Assembly: GCA_041484215.1 (NCBI GenBank) | Contig: JBGPHF010000001.1 | Span: forward strand, 1-29,692 | Source of the DNA: Nitrospirota bacterium | GTDB taxonomy: Bacteria; Nitrospirota; UBA9217 | Direction of reading: 5' to 3' | DNA: 29,692 bases | Part shown: in pieces, positions 25,259-29,692 of the stretch | Position numbering within the stretch: position 1 is the stretch's first letter | Layout: each line of letters opens with the position of its first letter | Translations under genes and position numbers: made by a program | The notes under the pieces: generated by a model | Databases searched by the model: none | What the model was told of the DNA's origin: nothing | Seen by the model: only the letters and a program-made list of their open reading frames with translations

Positions 25259-25579
25259 ATGCATCGAAAAGTATTGCTTGGGTTGTGTTTGCTTCTGGCA
25301 CTGGCCGGCACGGCCACGGCCGAAACCAAAAAATCGACGACCAGAAAATCGACGACCAAGGAAACTTCGACCAAGGAACCGGCGGCCAAAGAACTTTCGG
25401 GCATGTCAATCGTCGGTAACGATGAAGCCCCGAAAGCCTTGTATATCGTGCCCTGGAAAAGTTCTGAACTCGGCGTGGAGACAGGTTTCAGCAGGATGTC
25501 GACGGAAAGCGCCGTGCCCGTGGACCGGGATGTGTTTATGCGGCAATTGAATTTTTTCGAGGTCAGCACCAAAAAATAA
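25259..25579 (+). CDS. Small secreted protein, GltF-like
   Basis: Signal peptide ...LALAGTATA, then the motif GMSIVGNDEAPKALYIVPW. It sits between the GltE-like and ExbB-like genes. The GltF assignment comes from position and motif recall. Confidence 0.68.
   Translation: MHRKVLLGLCLLLALAGTATAETKKSTTRKSTTKETSTKEPAAKELSGMSIVGNDEAPKALYIVPWKSSELGVETGFSRMSTESAVPVDRDVFMRQLNFFEVSTKK
25325..25399 (+). repeat. In-frame 5 x 15-bp tandem repeat (TKKST TRKST TKETS TKEPA AKELS)
   Basis: accaaaaaatcgacg / accagaaaatcgacg / accaaggaaacttcg / accaaggaaccggcg / gccaaagaactttcg. Confidence 0.85.
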
Positions 25580-25614
25580 CTTTGTCGTCTCGTTAAAAAA
25601 AAGGAGGAAAAAAG

Positions 25615-26313
25615 ATGTTACACGGAATGCTGAGGTTTTTTCAGGCAGGTGGGTTGTACATGTTCCCCATTCTCTTCACGCTTGCGATCGGGCTGGCCAT
25701 CGCGTTTGAACGCTGGGTCCAATTGAAACGGACCGCGGACACAAACCAAAAAGTATGGGACTTGCTGTATCCGGAGCTGGAAAAGGGAGATTTCGATAAG
25801 GCCCGGGAAATAGTCAACAATGACAAGTCCAGTATGGCGCAAATGCTGGGGATGGGACTGGCGCGCCAGGGGGCGGTCAAGCGGCGGGACGATATAGAAA
25901 TCGCCATGGAAGAGAGCATGATGGAAATCATCCCGCAATTGGAAAAGCGCACACCGTACCTGGCGCTGCTGTCGAATATCGCCACCCTGTTCGGACTGCT
26001 CGGCACCATCATGGGTCTTATCCAGGCCTTTGCCGCGGTTGCCACCGCGAGCCCCGCCGAGAAGGCCGCTCTGCTCGCGGCCAGCATTTCGGAGGCCATG
26101 AGCTGCACTGCCTTCGGTCTGATGACCGCCATCCCGCTTCTCCTGTTCCATGCCCGTCTGACAACAACCACGGGCCAGATCGTGAACAGCCTGGAGATGG
26201 CATCGGTAAAGGCGCTCAATTATATGTCAACGTTTACCAAGCGCCAGTTTGACACTGCAAGTTTGCCAAAAGCCAATTTGACAGGAGCTACCCATGTCGA
26301 GACGATTTCGTAA
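25615..26313 (+). CDS. MotA/TolQ/ExbB proton-channel protein (AglR-like)
   Basis: FFQAGGLYMFPIL...AIAFERW (TM1); IATLFGLLGTIMGLIQAF (TM2); ISEAMSCTAFGLMTAIP (TM3). Strong SD AGGAGG at 25602-25607. Confidence 0.92.
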   Translation: MLHGMLRFFQAGGLYMFPILFTLAIGLAIAFERWVQLKRTADTNQKVWDLLYPELEKGDFDKAREIVNNDKSSMAQMLGMGLARQGAVKRRDDIEIAMEESMMEIIPQLEKRTPYLALLSNIATLFGLLGTIMGLIQAFAAVATASPAEKAALLAASISEAMSCTAFGLMTAIPLLLFHARLTTTTGQIVNSLEMASVKALNYMSTFTKRQFDTASLPKANLTGATHVETIS

Positions 26314-26797
26314 CAGAAGAAAACAAGAAGAGGTCGCTACGGATATCATGGAAGTGTTGAACCTGACACCGATGATGGATATCCTTACCGTTCTGGTGGT
26401 CTTTTTGCTCATTACCGCCGTTTTTATGAGTATTACGATCCAGGAATTGAGCGTCCCGACCAATGCCAGCGGAACGGCCGGTCAAGCGAATTTCGCCATC
26501 GAGGTGATCGTTCGCAAGACGGGGCTGCAGATCGGCAACGGGAGGTCCGTGGAGGCCGCGATCCCGAAAAAAGGCGATGACTACGATCTTGAGCTGCTGT
26601 CCAAAATGCTCGTCCGCCTGAAGTCCCAATATCCGGATAAGGAAGACGCGACGGTTTTGATGGAGCCGGATATCAAGTACGACTATCTGATCGAGATCAT
26701 GGACGCAGTTCGTGAGGCCGACGTGCGGACGGAAGGGAGCAAAGAGATCACCAAAATAGTTCTCTTTCCCAAAATATCGCTGGGAGACGCGCCATGA
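26294..26797 (+). CDS. ExbD/TolR-family protein (AglQ/AglS-like), copy 1
   Basis: LNLTPMMD29ILTVLVVFLL transmembrane motif with the conserved Asp. Periplasmic domain includes IKYDYLIEIMDAVR. Overlaps the upstream gene by 20 nt. Confidence 0.9.
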   Translation: MSRRFRNRRKQEEVATDIMEVLNLTPMMDILTVLVVFLLITAVFMSITIQELSVPTNASGTAGQANFAIEVIVRKTGLQIGNGRSVEAAIPKKGDDYDLELLSKMLVRLKSQYPDKEDATVLMEPDIKYDYLIEIMDAVREADVRTEGSKEITKIVLFPKISLGDAP

Positions 26798-27294
26798 GAG
26801 ACAGCAGACGTATGAAGCGGATGGAGCGCACCAACAGGAAAAGTAACGTCAAAGGTCTCGGCATAAACTTGATACCGATGATGGATGTTCTTTGCGTTCT
26901 GGTGTTCTTTCTGCTGTATCACTCGTTCAACACTACTCTGCCGGATGCGCAGATCACGCTGCCCGCTTCCGTTGTCGAGACACACCCACGGGAGACCGTG
27001 ACGATCGTGGTCACCCCCGACGTAGTAATGGTTCAGGGCGAACCCGTGGTCAACACCTCCACACTGTTCGACGACAGCAGCGGGATCGTGTATGAAGTAC
27101 GGTCGCGACTGGAACAGATTGAACGCAATATTATCGAGACAGGCACCAAGACGTTTGCCGAAGGCAAGGAAATCACTCTCCTTGCCGATAAAACGATTCC
27201 GTTCAAAGCGCTTAAAAAAATAATGTCGACCTGCACGGCTTCCGGATACGGAAAGATTTCCCTCGCCGTTATCCAGAAGGAGGCAAAAAAATAG
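26794..27294 (+). CDS. ExbD/TolR-family protein (AglQ/AglS-like), copy 2
   Basis: INLIPMMD31VLCVLVFFLL, then LLADKTIPFKALKKIMSTCTASGYGKISLAV. ATGA overlap with copy 1. Confidence 0.9.
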   Translation: MRDSRRMKRMERTNRKSNVKGLGINLIPMMDVLCVLVFFLLYHSFNTTLPDAQITLPASVVETHPRETVTIVVTPDVVMVQGEPVVNTSTLFDDSSGIVYEVRSRLEQIERNIIETGTKTFAEGKEITLLADKTIPFKALKKIMSTCTASGYGKISLAVIQKEAKK

Positions 27295-28646
27295 TGGCGA
27301 AATGCTCGAATACATCGATATTAGATGAGGAATTGGCGCAACTGAGCGCGCAGATCGAGCAAACCCGGAAAAAACAGGGTGTGCTGGAAGGCGAGTTGCG
27401 CGCCGTAGACGCGGAGTTGGAAACCTTTTCCGCCGACAGGCAGCGGTTCGATGCCTTGCGGGACGTCTACAACGCGCTCGACAAGCTGGGCAAACTGAAA
27501 GCGGGTGAACTCTTTTGGGAAGATGTCCAAAATGCCCCCGGACACCTGGAGCGGGTGAGGAGCCGGGTTGCCCAATTTGAGGGAGAAATAAGCAAGGTCC
27601 TGCAAAAACAGGCATCCCTGCGGAGGCAGATCAACGGATGCCTGGATGAACTGGACTTATTCAACGAAGAAGTACGCGATGTGTACGCCTGTGAAGAACG
27701 GCGCCAGGAAGAGTATGCCGTAGAACGGGAGATTTCGTCCTATCCGTATCAATTGACCATACGGGCTGAGAGCGAACAACGCTTCCGCAAGGCGCTGCGT
27801 ACCGCTTTGTTGGTGTGTTTCCTTTTCAGCCTTGTTATACTCCTTTGGAAATTGCCGCCGTCGACACGCCCGGCCGTGGCCGTGGTCCCGGAACGGCTGG
27901 TCTCCATGCTGAAAAAGGAGCCGCCCAAGCCTGAGCCGCCACGCCCGAAAGAAGAAAAACCCGATCAGGAAAAGAAGCCGGAGAAAGCGAAGGAAGACCG
28001 GCCCAAACCAACCACCGTAGAAAAAGAGGCCGCGCGTCAAAAAGCAGAGAGCTCGGGGGTCCTGGCCTTCAAGGAGGCTTTTAAGGATCTCATGGCCGAA
28101 ACTCCCGCTGCGCAGCTCGGCTCCGAGGCGCGTCTGAATAACCAGTCGGCGACAGGCCAGGCCCGGTCCAGCCGGTCGCTCATCGCCATGCAGTCAGCGG
28201 GCGGCTCCGGCGGCAGTGTTGCCAATGCCGCGGTCAGCCGCAATGTCGGGGGCAGCGGCAGCGGCATCGGCGGTGTCGGTTTTACAAGGGTACAAAGTGC
28301 GGTTGCGGGACTGACGGAGGGGGCGAGACCGCTCAGTTCCGGACCCGGGCCGTCCCGAACCGACGAAGAAATTCAGATCGTCTTCGATAAATACAAGGCG
28401 ACGCTCTACCGGATCTACAATACCGAACTGCGCAAGAACCCGACCCTGCGCGGCAAGATCATACTGCGCATTACCATCGAATCGGGCGGCGAGGTCTCCG
28501 CATGTACGGTGCAGTCGAGCGAGCTTGCCTCGCCGACGCTGGTGGAGCAGATCGTGGAGCGCGTCAAGAAGTTCAACTTCGGACCGAAGGAGAAGGTTTC
28601 CAAGACGACGATTCTGTACCCGATTGATTTTCTGCCCGGAGGTTAG
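27294..28646 (+). CDS. TonB-like energy transducer, GltG/PglI type (AgmX/PglI C-terminal domain), with an N-terminal coiled coil
   Basis: GTG start overlaps the upstream TAG, with SD AGGAGG at 27278. Architecture: ~155-aa heptad-rich N-terminus, single TM (27795-27848), Pro/Lys/Glu spacer (PPKPEPPRPKEEKPDQEKKPEK), Gly-rich stretch, and TonB-C-like domain RTDEEIQIVFD...YNTELRKNPTLRGKIILRITIESGGEV...YPIDF. Confidence 0.86.
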   Translation: MAKCSNTSILDEELAQLSAQIEQTRKKQGVLEGELRAVDAELETFSADRQRFDALRDVYNALDKLGKLKAGELFWEDVQNAPGHLERVRSRVAQFEGEISKVLQKQASLRRQINGCLDELDLFNEEVRDVYACEERRQEEYAVEREISSYPYQLTIRAESEQRFRKALRTALLVCFLFSLVILLWKLPPSTRPAVAVVPERLVSMLKKEPPKPEPPRPKEEKPDQEKKPEKAKEDRPKPTTVEKEAARQKAESSGVLAFKEAFKDLMAETPAAQLGSEARLNNQSATGQARSSRSLIAMQSAGGSGGSVANAAVSRNVGGSGSGIGGVGFTRVQSAVAGLTEGARPLSSGPGPSRTDEEIQIVFDKYKATLYRIYNTELRKNPTLRGKIILRITIESGGEVSACTVQSSELASPTLVEQIVERVKKFNFGPKEKVSKTTILYPIDFLPGG

Positions 28647-28787
28647 CGCCTGAGGCCGGAGACCGACGTCGGATTCAAGAAGGAGAAAGGGACCTTTCGC
28701 GGCGGGAGGTTGAAACGATTGTTTTTTTAGAGGCGGACTTCCGGAGGGGGCTCCACCAAGATCGCTTCGGGAAAAGGGGAACTCGAG

Positions 28788-29666
28788 ATGAAGAAGATCA
28801 TCTGCATGCTCACCATTGCAGCGTTCGTCCCAGCCGTGCTCACGGCATGCTTGGTCACGGGAATGGTGAAGAAAGACCGTTTAGCCGGGACGCGCAGGAT
28901 CGCAATAGTCAGCGTCGTCATGCCCCGCATAGCGGACACTACCGTGGACAAAAACAGGGCAGCGCTCCAAGCCTGCGTGCAACGGGCCTTTGCCCGAATT
29001 CAGACGAATCTCAAATCGGTGCGGAACTGGACGGTGGTGGACCCGGCCGAGTACAAAGGGTTTCCCTCGGTCCTGTCCATCAGTAAGGTTCCCAACGAAG
29101 AGATAGCGGCCCGGTTCCCGTCTCCCGAAGAACGGAAGAGGGCAAAAGAGGTGGTAGCGTCGGAACTGTCGCAATGGAAACGCGGCTTTATCGGCGCGAA
29201 GGGGTTGCCGGTCGTTCCCCGCTCCGGACTGATTCCGAATCGCGGCGATAGCAGCCCCCTCGCCATAATCCCCGCTACCTTGCTGAAACGCGCCGGGAAG
29301 CTGTGCCGCGTTCTGAACGTCGATGCGGTAGCTTTCGTCGATGTTGCGGCGAGCATCAGCCATCAAAATACCGGTAAGTTCCATGTAAAGAACAATCGGA
29401 CCGATGGCGCCATTCATATGGCGCAGACCATCGTGATCGTGGATAAGCGGGGCGAGCTCATTGTTGATATGGGTTCGCCGTCCCTCAGGAGTGCGAAAAC
29501 CAGGGATATGCTCCCCCTGTATATCGGCTCCGGGGAGGACGCCATAAAAGAGGACAACATTAATCTGGCTGATCCTCAAAACAAAATTCAGAAGGCTATT
29601 TTCTCGTTGATCGATGAAACAGCTTCCGACATGATCAAAAACCTCAAAAAGGCCATAGCAACATAG
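28788..29666 (+). CDS. Uncharacterised lipoprotein (alpha/beta fold)
   Basis: Lipobox LTA-C21. RIAIVSV strand and KLCRVLNVDAVAFVDV helix-strand pattern. 292-aa ORF with a purine-rich SD upstream. Confidence 0.72.
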   Translation: MKKIICMLTIAAFVPAVLTACLVTGMVKKDRLAGTRRIAIVSVVMPRIADTTVDKNRAALQACVQRAFARIQTNLKSVRNWTVVDPAEYKGFPSVLSISKVPNEEIAARFPSPEERKRAKEVVASELSQWKRGFIGAKGLPVVPRSGLIPNRGDSSPLAIIPATLLKRAGKLCRVLNVDAVAFVDVAASISHQNTGKFHVKNNRTDGAIHMAQTIVIVDKRGELIVDMGSPSLRSAKTRDMLPLYIGSGEDAIKEDNINLADPQNKIQKAIFSLIDETASDMIKNLKKAIAT

Positions 29667-29675
29667 GAACTTATT

Positions 29676-29692
29676 ATGAAAATCGGTTTTCA
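29676..29692 (+). CDS. Possible start of the next gene (MKIGF...), truncated by the window end
   Basis: AGGA at 29665-29668 lies 7 nt before ATG 29676. Only 5 full codons are visible. Confidence 0.3.

Noticed and set aside
4008-28646. Integrated mobile element or horizontally acquired island
   Set aside because: No integrase, transposase or tRNA is present. Hand counts of a few 60-base lines gave about 45-53% GC in ligA and 60-62% in the cluster, but 67% in the first gene, so the contrast is not diagnostic. Only the weak flanking motif remains and it is reported separately.
25615-28646. Ordinary TonB-ExbB-ExbD iron-uptake system or flagellar MotAB stator
   Set aside because: There are two ExbD paralogs, an AgmX/PglI-type C-terminal domain and an associated TPR gene set, with no TonB-dependent receptor, no MotB-type OmpA domain on the small subunits and no flagellar genes in the window.
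28693-28728. Rho-independent terminator after the TonB-like gene (GU-rich stem CCTTTCG/CGGGAGG with a later T7 run)
   Set aside because: The stem is weak and the T-run is about 12 nt from the stem.

Overview
All real genes are on the + strand. The window opens with the 3' part of a sigma54-dependent activator, a secreted TPR protein and NAD-dependent DNA ligase (ligA). Next is a ~24.6 kb co-oriented envelope locus (4008-28646). It encodes a receiver-AraC regulator with Glu in place of the phospho-acceptor Asp; a 2892-aa secreted adhesin-like protein with 14 DUF11/CnaB-type domains, each carrying a Lys/Asp/Asn isopeptide-type triad; and a 1711-aa protein with three OmpA-like peptidoglycan-binding domains plus a very large C-terminal beta-barrel-like region. 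These are followed by a small periplasmic protein, three TPR proteins, a GltF-like small protein, one ExbB/TolQ-family and two ExbD/TolR-family subunits, and a TonB-like GltG/PglI-type protein. The downstream eight genes match the Agl-Glt 'core' related to the Myxococcus gliding machinery. Here the core is linked to a giant adhesin and a candidate dedicated outer-membrane barrel instead of the myxobacterial GltA/B/H/K-CglB platform. This is a candidate uncharacterised proton-motive-force-driven adhesin export, retraction or surface-motility system. A 21-bp-period direct repeat overlapping a plausible -35 upstream suggests activation by the adjacent AraC protein. The window ends with an uncharacterised lipoprotein. 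All family assignments come from motif recognition by eye; no database search was run.
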